Shown: in pieces, positions 50,091 through 63,480 of the stretch
Layout of the letters: every line of letters begins with the position of its first letter
Position numbering within the stretch: the first letter of the stretch is position 1
Source of the DNA: Azolla caroliniana
Lineage: Eukaryota > Plantae > Polypodiophyta
DNA: 64,000 nt
Assembly: GCA_043228905.1 (NCBI GenBank)
Contig: JBHGNT010000007.1
Coordinates: forward strand, 18,972,001 to 19,036,000
Direction: 5' to 3'
The notes under the pieces: generated by a model
Databases searched by the model: none
Seen by the model: only the letters and a program-made list of their open reading frames with translations
What the model was told of the DNA's origin: nothing
Position numbers and translations under genes: made by a program

Positions 50091-52189
50091 GCGGATTTCC
50101 ACTACGATTATGCTCATTGGGGAATGGAAGTCGGTGTTGCTTCCCGAGTTGGCAAGCTTCGTAGACTTGGCCATCCCGGCCACCAAACTTCGGCAAACCA
50201 AACACAATGTTCTTCGTTTGCATTTCATGAAACCGTGGGAAGTTAACGTGGTCGAACCACTTGTGCCATAGGTCGATATCCGATTTGACCTTCTGTCCTT
50301 TCGTGAACAGTGTGGTTCTACCTTGGTTGGTGTTGAGGATGAACATTCTCCCTTCACGGCACCATTGCACGATGACTTGGCCTTCCTCTTCAATGTAGCA
50401 CCCGAGGTGCGTGAATCGAACTTGCATCCCCTAGTCGACGATCTGTCTGACCAACACCAAGTTCTTGGTTATTGTTGGGACGTGCAGCATGGTCATGAGG
50501 TTCTCTTTCTACCCGACGTGGCTAAGGGGAACTTCGCCGACATGTTCGATGGTATGTGGAGTGTCGTCTCCCGTTTCGACCACTCCTTGTTTTTCCGGTT
50601 TCTCCAAGTACGCGAACCATTCCTCATGACTCGTCATATGATTTGACGCTCTGGAATCAATATACCACACCTTGATCGATTTCGAGGTGTTCACGGCCAT
50701 CGAATTGGCCTTGTGCTTCATTACGAAGGCTGGGCCCGATCCATTTCCGGCTCATTCAGAGCCCTCGGCGTAGTGCGATTTCTGACACCTTCCTACGTCT
50801 CTTCCGCTCGATCTGGCTTTATCTGAATCAACTCTTTTTTTCCAACACTCGCTCTCTTTGTGTCCTTTCTTGCCATAGTACCAGCAATCCATTGCGGCCT
50901 TCTCTTGCTAGCTTCTAGCGCCGCTATGACTCCCCCTGCTTCCAGAGGGTTCAAAATTGCTTCCGGCATTTCGATTATGCCGCAAGTTCTGCTCCTTTTG
51001 GTCGCCTCCATTGCGCGCCGATCTGCCTCGTCCGCCACGACCACGGGGCCTATCTTCCTCCGTGTAGAGCATCATGTCGTCAGCGTGCGTACTCGTCGAT
51101 GCACCCGCGTGATTTTCCTCCACGAGCCACATCGACTGAAGCTCGAAAAACAAAGGTGTATTCTCCCTTGTTGAGACTGCCGTTCAGAGTGCTCTGAACT
51201 TTGACGCTAACCCTCCAAGACAAACCTACACCATTTTGTCCTCCTCAACGTTCGCTTGACGAAGGCGAGAGAGTCGCAGATCTCCTTGATTCGGGCCGTG
51301 TAATCGGCCACAAACAGATCTTCCTATCGGACATTGCTCAACTTCTGCCTAAGTTGCAACTTCCTAGCCGTTGTGCTAGCGGCAAAAATCCTTTTGAGAT
51401 TCACCCACACGTCCTTTAGCGTCTTAGCATCCTGAATGTAGCTCAAGAGTTGGGCCTTCACACAAGACGCAAAGCAGTAAATAACTCTGCTTTCCGCTTG
51501 TTCCCAAGCCAAAAAATCTCTATGTGTCGATTTGGGCGTTGTGTCATTAGCTCCTTCGACATAACTCCAATAACCATGACCAAGAAGGTACTAGTGCATC
51601 TTGTACGACCAAGATGCATAGTTGCTCCTATCGAGCTTCTCAGTCAGTAGCGAGCTTCCCATTCCTCTGTCCATATTGTTGTCTTATCCTTTTCGAAAAC
51701 AATAACTTAACTCTGTCTTTATCGTAAGCTTTTTTGTCGGCTGCAGAGGAGTCTCAACCCTCACGCTCTGATACCATGTAAAAGAATACGTGTGTGGAAG
51801 CATATGCGTAAGACACAAAGTACATAGTTCGGAGGTATGACAGTTCTGTAAAAATGTAGAAATCATAGAGAAGGAGATGGAGAGATAAAGAGAGAGCATA
51901 AACAAAACTATATTCAAAAAATAATTCCATGTGTGTTCTCTCTATATACTTCGTGCTTAGTGAGCACCTTTTATACAAGCCCTGACTATTGGGCTGACAC
52001 AAGTACTGACAGTACTTGACTGCTCATAAATGAGCCTTCTACACTAACTCCCAAAATTATTCCTTACGAGGAATAACGTTCTAACGGCCTCTCGGTTTAC
52101 ACACTGCTACGGCCATGTTGTGCGTACGGTTTTACGCACCCAGTCTACGCACTAGGTTACGCACCCAATGTTGAGCTTGTATCTCAACA
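50091..52189 (-). mobile_element. 5' half of degenerate Ty1/copia C (5' LTR 52189-51777, iMet PBS, gag, protease, GAG-pre-integrase)
   Basis: PBS TGGTATCAGAGC at 51776-51765; WYIDSRASNHMT, LWHKWFDHVN, EACQLGKQHRLPF. Confidence 0.88.
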
Positions 52190-55100
52190 GTTGTACAATG
52201 TATTATGGAACCCATGATATTATATTACTTGCCATTGTTGCCATGGACAAAGAAGGCTTTGCATTCTGTTTTGCAACATCTTTGATATTTGTTGTGAAGG
52301 AAGAGGGATAAAATAGGAATCACTTGCCAGGTTGCGTGGAATCATCTAGCAACCCCTAAGCACTAGGGGGGAGCTGGAATATTGAACTTATCTATGCATA
52401 TGATGGCTCGTAGATTTTCATTATTACAAGACATGTGTTCAAACTCACGACCATGGATATCTATTGTTCAATATTTCATTGAGAACAAGGGTTTAACACA
52501 TGGGAGGACAACGATTAAGGCTTCATGGTGGCAATTACTGAATGGATGTATTTCACTTAAGATTCCGGGCTCTTCATGTATTCAACACTTGGTTACTTCA
52601 TGGCAAGAAGCACTCTTGTTATGTGTATAGAAACCATCATTTAGTAGAGAGCATTGTAATTATTTGCAAAAAGAGTTACTTGTGTCTTCTCGGTTATTAT
52701 GTTGGCCAGGAAAGGAGAGATTGCTCTCTCAATTTAATCGTTTGTTTCGTTTGGGGGTCAAAAAGGTGGGAGATGAGTTGAGGCTCCATCTCAAAGAATC
52801 TTGGAGTTTGTTGAAGTGTGACAATTATTACGCATCCCGCCTAATTATGGGTTTATTTGGCAACAACTACAAAATATTGCATTGATGCAAGGTCCCTTAC
52901 CTCTACAAACAGGAGAACAATTGTGGATTGACTAGTGTTTACGGGGTCAAACATCGTTGTTACAAGTGACTACTAATCTTTTGTATCATTGCTCTATTGA
53001 GTCTCTTGGATGGCTATCATCTAAGGTTCAAGAAGAATGGAAAAGTCACAAATCTGATTATGGGGGGTGGCAGATGTTACAACTTAGTTGACATTCTAAA
53101 TTGCCACTTCTAGCAAAGGTCTTCATTTGGAGAGTTTTGATTGGAGGATTGCCTTTGGGATTAGCTCTAAAGTGTCGTGGACTAGCAACGGGTAATTGCT
53201 TTTTTTGCATTGTTCAAATGGAAGATAGTTGTTGAGAGACAAGCTCAACATCGGCCGGATCGGTTGAGCAAGCCGAGGACCGGATCGGTTGGGACCGATC
53301 GGTTAGGCCGGACCGGTGCGTAAAACAGACGTGTAAACCAGTATGCAAACCGGTGCGTAACGAGAGGCCGTATCGGTGCATAAACCGAAAGGCCGTTAGA
53401 GAGATATTCCTCGTAAAGGAATAATTTTGGGAGTGAGTGTCAAGCCTCATTTATGAGCAATCAAGTACTGTCAGTACTTGTGTCAGCCCGATTGTCAAGG
53501 CTTGTATAAAAGGTGCTCACTGAGCACAATGTATGTACAGATTGAGTAGTATTTTTGAATTTAGTTCTGTGTGTTCTCTCTCTGTCTCTCCCGCGTACTG
53601 TGTATATTCAAGCTCTCCATTAAACCTGCATATTTTCTCTGTGTTCGTTTTTCTATTGCTTCCGCACATAATCTTTCACATGGTATCATAGCGCGAGGGT
53701 TGAGAACCTCTGCAGCCGACATAGCTTGAAAAGAAAAACCAATCGAGAAGAACAGGTAAAACAGATGGATAGAGGCATGGCTAGCTCACTTCCGACGGAG
53801 AAGCTCGACAGAACCAACTACGCATCTTGGTCCTACAAGATGCACCAGTACCTACTTGGGCACGGTTACTAGAGCTATGTCGACAGAGCAAATGACACAG
53901 CACTCGAATTGACACACAAAGATTTCCCTGCATGGGAACAGTCGGCGAGCAGAGTACTGTATTGTTTCACGTCTTATGTGGGCGAACAGCTATTAAGCTA
54001 CATTCGGGATGCAAAAACGCCTAAGGGTGCGTGGGAAAATCTGAAGAAGATCTTCGCTGCGAGCACCACAGCCAGGAAGCTTTAGCTCCGACAAGAGTTG
54101 AGCAACCTACAACAACGCGATTTGTCGGTGGCTGACTATACCTCGAAGATCAAAGATATATATGACTCTTTAGCCTCCATCGATGTGAATGTCGAGGAAG
54201 GCAAGATGGTGCAGATCTGTCTCGGGGGATTTGCGTCGAAGTTCAGAGCGTTCCGAACTGTTGTGTGTACACAGGAGAATACCTCGTCGTTTTTCGACTT
54301 ACAGTCGATGCTCCTTATAGAGGAGAACCACGTGGGTGCGTCGACGAGCACGCATGCAGATAGAAAGATGTTGTACACGGAGGGAGATAGGCCCCCGTGG
54401 ACGTGGCGGACGAGGCAAGTTGGTACGCAATGGAGGCGGCCGACGGGATCAAGGAAGAAGGCACAGAAGTGATGCCGACAGCAATTCCGAACCCTCCGGA
54501 AACAGGGGGAGTCGAGGCGACGAGAATCGGCAAGGGAAATCCATCGTGGAATGCTGGTACTATGGCAAGAAAGGCCACAAGGAGAGCGAGTGTTGGAAAA
54601 AGCGCGCTGATTCGGAGAGAACCGAGTCCGGATCAGGTTCTGGATAGACCGACAAGGGTAATCGGCAGCGATCGCACTACGCCGAAGGATCCGGAGAAGG
54701 ATCAGCCTTCGTGACGAGACACGAATCAAACTCGATGAAGAAGTCCGCCCAAAGCTAAGTACCGAAGTTGAGTACCAAGGGGCGGCTATCGCAACATGCA
54801 AAGCCATATGGTTGAAGCGACTACTTAAGGACCTACAAGAGGAGGTGTTCGATCTGACGACGATCTACTACGACAACCTCAGCAGCATCCAGCTCGCGAA
54901 GAACCCCGTTTTCCACGCACGGACCAAGCACATTGAGGTACACTACCATTTTGTTCGTGAGCGTGTCCTTTCTGGTGAAGTCGAACTTCAGTATGTTCCG
55001 ACAGATCGGCAAACTGCCGACATCTTCACCAAGCCCCTTGGTTTGGACAAGTTGCGGCAATTCTCGGGTGTGCTTGGGTTGCGTCACCTCGACAAGCCAA

Positions 55101-56470
55101 ACTTGAGAGGGAGAACAGTCTCGAAAGACCGAACAAGGGAGCAGGAAGGGAGCGGAAGAGGCCACGACACCGAGTCGGATGACGAATTCGACTTTGGATT
55201 GGCTGAAGAAGCCGAGGGCGGATCCGCGGAAGAGTCCAAAAGCAGACATAAGGGGAGCAGCCGAAAGAAAGAGCCGAAGCCAACCAAGTATGGAGGAGAT
55301 GACGCCGTCAAGGGCGAGAAGACTGAAGACGAGTTGGAGACAGCCAACTCGGACGAGAGCGAAAATCGATCGGAGGTAGCCGAGTCGGTTCGGATGTTTG
55401 ATTCGGATACACTGAATCAACCAAGGGCCACGTGGAGAAGAAGGCAGCAGGAGAAGCGCCAACACCGCGACAACAAGGGAGCTGTGAAGGGCCGTGGGAG
55501 CAGACAAGCCGACCGGAAGGGTCGAAGTGCGCGGAATCGAACAGGCCGAGGAGCGTGAGTGAGGCGTAGAGCCAGGAGGAACCGGAGCGGTGATCCAAAA
55601 GATCCCGAAGAGCCTCAAGTTGAGCTTGAGGGGACTGTTGAGAGACAAGCTCAACATCGGCCGGATTGGCTAAGCAAGCCGAGGACTGGATCGGTTGGGA
55701 CCGATCGGTTAGGCCGGACTGGTGCGTAAAACGGACGCGTAAACCGGTACGCAAACCAGTGCGTAATGAGAGGCCGTATCGGTGCGTAAACCGAAAGGCC
55801 GTTAGAGAGATATTCCTCGTAAAGGAATAATTTTGGGAGTGAGTGTCGAGGCTCATTTATGAGCAGTCAAGTACTGTCAATACTTGTGTCGGCCCGATTG
55901 TCAAGGCTTGTATAAAAGGTGCTCACTGAGCACGATGTATGTACAGATTGAGTAGTATTTTTGAATTTAGTTCTATGTGTTCTCTCTCTGTCTCTCCCGC
56001 GTACTGTGTATATTCAAGCTCTCCATTAAACCTGCGTATTTTCTCTGTGTTCGTTTTTCTATTGCTTCCACACATAATCTTTCACAATAGTACTCATCGA
56101 TTTATACAATGTTTGATTGCTTGTCAGATTTGGAGTTATATTTCTCAAATTTGGCAAGTTTTATCACGGTGTTATTTGACACATAGACAATGGGTGTTTG
56201 CACAATTTACACAGGCTGACCCAAAATCAGAGATGGAGATCGATTTTCTATTTCTGAGATATTGAGGATTGTGTCATAATTGGAACATGCACAACGCTTT
56301 TGTATTTGATGGTGGACATCGAGTGGAAGCATATCTACAAAAGGTGTGGCAACTTTCTTTATTGGAGCAAGTGAAAATTCTTTCCTCATTGGAGTGTTCG
56401 TCTTGCCTATTGGCAATTCAACATGTTCCACTACCCATGTAGTGTTGACCATACCCCATTGTCACTCCCA
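52190..56470 (+). pseudogene. L1-type LINE ORF2 3' part (post-RT region and zf-RVT), interrupted by copia D
   Basis: KALGGAGILN; FIWRVLIGGLPLG...CFFC...EDS|THRFIQC...QIW continues across the insertion. Confidence 0.8.
53230..56086 (+). mobile_element. Internally deleted (non-autonomous) Ty1/copia D
   Basis: 451-bp LTRs 53230-53680 and 55636-56086; TSD ATAGT; PBS TGGTATCATAGC; gag joined near 54760 to the end of RNase H. Confidence 0.94.
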
Positions 56471-58301
56471 TTGTAAGTATTGTTTTTTACACACATTTAT
56501 TAATATATTTGTGTGTTTTCACCAAGAGAGAGAGAGAGATGAGGACAAAGATGGTGTCACGTAGTTGGAGGGAAGAGACGGGAGGGGGAGCATCCTTGTA
56601 AACATGGATAGTAGTCCTGTAGCAATATTTGTTAAGTAGTTGTCGAATGCTCCACTTCTAGTATGTTTCCTAGACATTGAAACAAGACAAAGCTATATCA
56701 CTTAAAAAGTAGAGAAATCTATGAAAGACAAAGTAGAAGTGCTCTACACTTTTTCTCTCATTAAAGATAATGCTTTTATCTCCTATCTCTCTCACTCCTT
56801 AAAGATAAAGCTTAAACCTTAAGTTTTGATCTTAAGCACTTATAACTACTTTTTGTCTTGAGTGTGGTTGGTATTAATAACATACATGACGTTTCCTCGT
56901 ACAAATTCCTACAAGTCTTGATTTAACTTGAGCTAGTTCATTATGTGCATTGCTTAAGTGTATTACACTCTTGGTATTTGTTGTTTGGATGATTAATGTC
57001 GAGAGTGAGTGAAAGGTTTGCTTAAGTGGACTATCCTCAATTCCTAGATATGCCATGAGATGAGTGATAGTTGTCTCCACCCGTTTCACCAACAATGCAA
57101 TACATCCTTACTTGACCCTTAGCAACAATTGATGAGGATATAGATGTTATGATAGTTAAGTAAGGAAACTATTCAAAGATATCCTAAAAAACTATATATG
57201 TGAGTATCTTCATCATTGTACCTTTTTGCACTGTTATTTTGGCTAGATACTACATTCGTTTATCCCGTCATTGCTTTTGTGATGCAAACACTATATGTAT
57301 GTAGTACATATTTGAGGATGCTTTGAGGTGCTTGTACTATTGTTGTTTACTATGGGTCATATACTTGATAGCTATATTTTCTTGTGTTTTACTTTATGGA
57401 GAAATTGAAATACAACCATGTTATTTGCATTCGATGAATTTATGTACATTCCTCATTCTCACTAATAAGATTCTCATGCTTTTAGAGTGCCAAGCTCACT
57501 CTTGAGGAGAATGGACACAAGAGAAGCCAAAATCAGATTATTGTTTCGTGTTAGCATTTGAGATAAGTTTATATTTATGTAAAAACCCAAGACTTTTGGG
57601 GTCGTAGCCTACCATCTCATTTGCAAACTACATACATATTGGAACTTGATGCTCAACACATTCATCCTACGTACTACATGGCCTATGTAAGTGCTCCCAA
57701 TCACTATTGAAAAGCAACATGAATAAATCAATCTAGAGAACACCATTTCAAATGCAATTTTTAAAATCTAACTTTCATGGGGCTATTTTTACTTCATCAC
57801 CCTTGGCATTAGCTTTCATGCACTCAACATTCCATATATTAAGAGCTAGAACTACTTGTTTAAACTTTAAAGATTAAGACTCAAGACTCAATACTAAGTG
57901 TGTAACACCCTCATTAGTATCCACTTTCACCCATCTTTAAGACTTGTTCAAGTGTCAAACTTCTAACATGTACCTCCTCATGGGGTGTTTTTCATTGTCT
58001 CTCTCCATACTCATAGACTTCCCTTTCCAACGCAGCCTCACAATAGAATACATAAAGTATGTCCAACCTTAAAGATAGGCTAAAGTAATTCGAACATGAA
58101 TTGACATCTTAATAATGTAGCTATGTCTACGTTTTTTTACATGCTTGTATGTGAGGCATGTTCATACATACACACATCCATCAAGATAATCATTGACATT
58201 TTATTGATGGTGTTCTTTCGTGTCAGTATACTTGACCAGTCTAAAACATGAACCACACATTTCATAACAATGGAATATATTTTGACAATGCTTTTTAAAT
58301 A

Positions 58302-58857
58302 GAAATGTTTCGTTTTATCTCTTGTAGAAAAAAATGACAATGTCGATGTTGTAAGGGCTTATTTTCAAGACCAAACCTCTAGTCTACAATTTGCATGATC
58401 TCAACACTAAATTAACGAGGAGGTTTTGTAATAATCACAATTTCAAACCCATTGGTGGAGATTTAAACCCATACAAGGCTTAACATTGCAAAGCTGACAA
58501 GTGGTCCATTTAAAATGTTTGTTGTGCTTGAAATGTAAAAACTTAATTGCATAATGGTGACATATAAAAGGCAATGATGAAATGTTTTGTTTTATCTCTT
58601 GTAGAAAAAAATGACAATGTTGATGTTGTAAGGGCTTATTTTCAAGAGCAAATCTCTAGTCTACAATTTGCATGATCTCGACACTAAATTAACGAGGAGT
58701 ATTTGTAATAATCACAATTTCAAACCCATTGGTGGAGATTTAAACCCATACAAGGCTTAACAGTGCAAAGCTGACAAGTGGTCCATTTAAAATGTTTGTT
58801 GTGCTTGAGAAATGTAAAAACTTAATTGCATAATGATGACATATAAAAGGCAATGAT
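58302..58857 (+). repeat. ~277-bp tandem duplication
   Basis: GAAATGTTT...GGCAATGAT at 58302-58578 is repeated at 58579-58857 with few differences. Confidence 0.92.
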
Positions 58858-59953
58858 TTCACGTTTCTGATGTATAAACTGCATTCTTGAGTACCTACCC
58901 AAAAATAATTCTTATCCAAGAACAACATATCACGTTTATGTTACTCAAGGAATCTCACTATCACAAGTGGCCTTGTAAAGTTTTATGTCTTGACTCTTGT
59001 CCACTTTTGGGGTCTTATTAAATGAAACACTTCTATCTTGAAGTGAGAGTTGATTTTCGACCCTTTTTTACTAAAGGAAACACATTGTACTTTTCTAGGA
59101 GTGACCATTATGTATATCTAATTGGGGATTATGTCATGGAATCTACCGTTATTGTTTGGATATATTTCATTGGCAATTGTTGCTTGTCACAAAGCTACAA
59201 AGCATCGACTTCTGCTTTTTGGTTTTAAATCCAAATAAATCACCAACATGTAGTTCGGGTTGTTCGATGATCTTTAGACCTTTCCTAGGACATGTGAATA
59301 AAAATTTGCTTGCTTTCAGGAGATCATGAATGGAAATAACTTGTGCCCATGTATGAAGACAAACCAACTATATGACTAATATAAATGCATTCATTGTTTG
59401 ATAAAACATACGTTTATTCAAGTTCACATATAATTTCAACATTATGTGTGATGTAAAATTCATCCTATGCCCCACGAACAAAACACATGTACCCCTTTGA
59501 TATAAGCATTTAGAAGGTCCAACTGTCAAAATGGTAATTATTCATATTATGCATAATTTGACAACCTCAAGAGGTAGTAGAGTAAATGACATGTGTAGAA
59601 CAATGACACAATGCTAGGATGTCCCAAGAATGTTTGGGTGCATTTCAAATCCTCTAGAGTAGCCTTGTCTGTCAAGATCTTAACACCATGTACTTTTTAA
59701 GGATATTACATATACTATAAGATTTGGCGGGGCATCACGAAAAGGCTATTTTCTTTTTCTTTTAACATTGCACCACGAAGAGGCTATGTATTGTATTAGG
59801 GCAGTGCTACTTGGAAAGACTTTAATATAGTAGCAAAAAGAGTACATAAGGCTTGCTTGTTCTTTTACATTTTACATTGCTTATAATTAGCATGGTCTAT
59901 TGGCTCATTGAAGCTCTTATGTTGCTTCTCATGTTCCCTTAGTACCTTTAGAT

Positions 59954-59955
<2 letters not shown>

Positions 59956-60011
<56 letters not shown>
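59956..60011 (+). repeat. (TC)n microsatellite
   Basis: Direct reading. Confidence 0.95.
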
Positions 60012-60014
<3 letters not shown>

Positions 60015-61136
60015 TTTGGTTATTTGTGTTCGGTAATGGTTTTAGTTGTCCTTATCCCCATGTCACTAAACAAGACCTACGTATTCACACTCCTTCACTT
60101 CGTACAAGTAGCAAACAATTTAGTAGTATTCAAATCATCATTCAACTTGACCCCTTTAATCTAGAATGAAAAGGTACATATCAATATAGATGCAAAAGTC
60201 AAGTGAATTTACAATCAGTTAACAAGGAGTGCATCACATTATGCATCACACATTGTGTCTTGATATTTCTTAGAACATGCCCCAATAGTTTTAGATGCTC
60301 TTTTTATGGACAACATGCTTGTCACTAGTCACTTTCTTGTTTTACTCATTTGTCAAATCTCATCAACAACTGAGGCCATGTTGTGGTATTGGTAAATAAT
60401 CTCTACCAAATGAAAGTTACCGTCAATTACAAATATTACTACGTCAACGCATTCACTATGACACTAGAGAATATTACATTTCGAAAAATAATGACTATTC
60501 GTACAAAGAGTGACAAGACTTTATCTACATTTTTGTTTACATTTCCTTTTGTTTCACTAGTGAGTAACTGTTCATTCATAGGCATAGAGATATATAAAAT
60601 CTCGGCATTGTTTATTTATGTTATGAGATTGTCATTTCAAGCACACAATACCCAAAAACCAGAAGGGGAGATCAACAAAAAGATTGCAAAAACTCACAAG
60701 AGATGCATTGAATCATGAGTCAAAGACCATTGAAGAATTATTATCTTTTTATCATAATGATAATAGAAGCATGACAAGCTAAATGTTGGAAGAGATCAGA
60801 AGGCAAAGCAAGTGGAGTTCATACTAGTGTATGATAGCAATGAGTTTCATGAACAAATTTGAACAAATCTTGAAAGCGTGGCTAAAGCTCACTGCATAAT
60901 TCATGATCAAGCTTTGTAGTTTTATAAGGTCATGCTTCTAAACTAGGGGAAAAGGTGGTCATCAATATAGCAAAGCATAGGTAGCCCAAATCTAAATAGC
61001 CATGTTAATTGCATTAACAAATTGCAAGTTAGAGGAGTTTTATATTATCTAATCAAGAAATCACCCAACTGCGTAAAAAATCGAAATGGCACATTCCAGA
61101 AGCTATCATTTCAAGAATTCTGGGTTCCTCAAGAAG

Positions 61137-62441
61137 TCAAAGATCCCCACTGGTTATAAGGTTTCCTCGCTTCCTCTCAATTTGCACCGTGACATGACTA
61201 ATGTTGAAAGCTTGTTCACAATAGCTGATAACTTTATGAAGAATAACATCGGCATTGGCATCGGGATGTATGGTCACATGGCATGCAAGAAGGGTCTTTC
61301 CCATCGTGATTGCCCAAATATGCAATTCATGTATAGCTATGACTCCTTCGATATCGATCAAACCCTTTTCAAGGCTTTTCACATCGATCTCCCGGGGCGT
61401 GCTTTCCATTAGAATCTCCAATATGTCTCTTAGCATTCTCACCGTAGTGAAAAGAACCAGTGCCGAAAACAGGAGAGTACATATCAAATCCACAATTTGC
61501 CATTCTGGTTTCACCCATATAACTGCTCCTCCGATCATGACACCAACACTCTGGATCAAATCGCCCAGCACATGAAGCCACGCTCCTCTCACATTTATAT
61601 TATCCTTTGCAGCCTTGGATGCTTTTTTCCTTCCATCAATGTCTATATCCACTCGGTAACTGTCTCTTCTTCTAAGTACTTGTGGTTCCTCGATGCCATT
61701 GTCATGATTCTCATCATGAGAATCGTGGGTATCTTTCTGGCCATGACTGGGGCCACCGTGATGTTGATCAATGGCATGGTGTTGGTCATCATGATCATGA
61801 CCGTTCTTATGGTCTGAAGATTCAAGGGAATTCCCATGACCGTGACCGTGACCGTGACCATGTCCATGGTCATGGTCATGGTCATGACCATGCCCATGCC
61901 CAAGTAAGAACACCATGACAATGTTCACAACCAATCCGAAAGACGCGACTAGAAACATCAACCGGCCATCGACTGCCTCGCCAGTATGGATCAACCGATA
62001 GATTGCTTCGTACACAATAATACCAGTGAGGAGCCAAATGAGTTGTATTGAGAGCAATGCCCCGAGGATCTCGAGGCGAAAGAAACCATAGCTCTGGCGA
62101 GGTGTCGCCTCCCAACTCGAAGCCCATATAGCAAACAAAGAGATGGCAAAACCCGCGACATCCGAGAGCAGATGGGCAGCATCGGTAAGGATTGCAAGGC
62201 TATTGGATAGCAAACCACCTACAACCTCGACCGCAACGAAAATTAAGCAAAACAATGTGGCGAGGCCGAGTTTCCTGGCCGCGGTTGATCGTGAGAAAGC
62301 ATCTTCTGCTCTTCGCTTCTCATCGGAAAAGCCACAACCTGGAGGGCATACCCTCTCTCCGTCTATTCGAATAATTGATTGATCCCCATCCCCCACATTC
62401 CCATGTTTCTCAAGCAATGTGGTTGAGATACTGCTCTCCAT
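61137..62441 (-). CDS. MTP1: Metal tolerance protein 1-like CDF family Zn2+/H+ antiporter, 434 aa, single coding exon
   Basis: [17 protein letters not shown] signature, [23 protein letters not shown], His-rich loop, [17 protein letters not shown]; ATG at 62441 directly follows a pyrimidine tract and CAG acceptor. Confidence 0.96.
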   Translation of the reverse strand: MESSISTTLLEKHGNVGDGDQSIIRIDGERVCPPGCGFSDEKRRAEDAFSRSTAARKLGLATLFCLIFVAVEVVGGLLSNSLAILTDAAHLLSDVAGFAISLFAIWASSWEATPRQSYGFFRLEILGALLSIQLIWLLTGIIVYEAIYRLIHTGEAVDGRLMFLVASFGLVVNIVMVFLLGHGHGHDHDHDHGHGHGHGHGHGNSLESSDHKNGHDHDDQHHAIDQHHGGPSHGQKDTHDSHDENHDNGIEEPQVLRRRDSYRVDIDIDGRKKASKAAKDNINVRGAWLHVLGDLIQSVGVMIGGAVIWVKPEWQIVDLICTLLFSALVLFTTVRMLRDILEILMESTPREIDVKSLEKGLIDIEGVIAIHELHIWAITMGKTLLACHVTIHPDANADVILHKVISYCEQAFNISHVTVQIERKRGNLITSGDL

Positions 62442-62496
62442 CTGCCACATGAAAAAAATAAGCGATAAAGATTTCCAGCACAATGACAAGAGCATA

Positions 62497-62505
62497 TATA
62501 CATAC

Positions 62506-62553
<48 letters not shown>
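62497..62553. repeat. (TACA)n/(TA)n microsatellite in the presumed 5' UTR intron of MTP1
   Basis: Direct reading. Confidence 0.9.
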
Positions 62554-62555
<2 letters not shown>

Positions 62556-63199
62556 TTCTTTATATTATCTTCTTGTAAATCACCCTTGATCATCATATAT
62601 GCTGTGTATTTGATTGTCAGAATTATGAACAGAAACAAAAGAGAGTGAGTTAAACATGAATTTTCAATAATTTCTTGTTATCTATCAAGGTTACATTGCA
62701 TCGGTGCAACATACACACATATACATACATACATACATGTGTGTGTGTGTATATATATATATATATGTCCAAGCAATGGGATACATATGATGAAACTCAA
62801 TCGACAAGGGCAAGAAAATGTTGTAAAGAAAAGAAAATTTCCACATTTCACATAAGGAAAAACTAACAAGAAGAACCATGGAAACCTCCATTGAAATGGC
62901 ATTGCATTGATAGAATTCACAGAAACGCACAGCGAATACAAGCCACAAAACTGAGTTGAAACCCTTACGAAAATAAGGTTTAAAAAAAGAAAGGCATAGA
63001 AGGTGAAGTCCCCATACACTCGATCGAGATGATCTTACATTTGATTACAAGATTTCTGCAGAGAAATTGTCAAAAAGGGCAAGCCCAGAGGTCATCAACA
63101 GAGCACCAACATTTGATTAAAACCTTTGCACAGGTTTACTGTCAAAGAAGCGTTCACAGAAAAGGTTCAAACTTTAGTAGGATAGGAATCAAAGCAAAT

Positions 63200-63480
63200 C
63201 AAACAATGTCTGATGGGGGGATCCATCCATAGAGAAACAAACGTGGGAAGAGAGGTAGAAGCAGAGGAAGAAACAGAGGAAGAGATGCAAATTTCGCGAA
63301 GAGAAACGAGAATCGTTCTGTTTGTGCTTTAGAGAAGGATTCGAACCTTGAAAGGGCAGAGAATCGATGGCGGAGCTCTTCTCTGCAGAATCAGAGACTA
63401 AAGTAAACGAAGAAAGCAGAAGAGGAAGAAGAACAAGAGAATCGTGCAGAAAAACCCTCAAAATAAATAGATAAAAATGA
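63200..63480 (-). promoter_or_regulatory. Probable MTP1 core promoter and CT-rich first non-coding exon
   Basis: TATTTAT-like box near 63470 on the minus strand at an AT-rich boundary, followed by a pyrimidine-rich leader; splice donor not resolved. Confidence 0.5.

Noticed and set aside
33705-52189. Copia B and copia C as two halves of one element
   Set aside because: The LTRs differ in length and sequence, flanks GCATA and GTTGT do not match, and the coding breakpoints overlap.
58440-58500. B-box-like GGTTTAAATCTCC on the minus strand of the 277-bp duplication
   Set aside because: Too degenerate and no convincing A box at the expected spacing.
62442-62519. 26-aa N-terminal extension of the 460-aa MTP1 ORF
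   Set aside because: It is made of microsatellite and pyrimidine-tract sequence ending in CAG, so it is probably intron; the true start is likely 62441.
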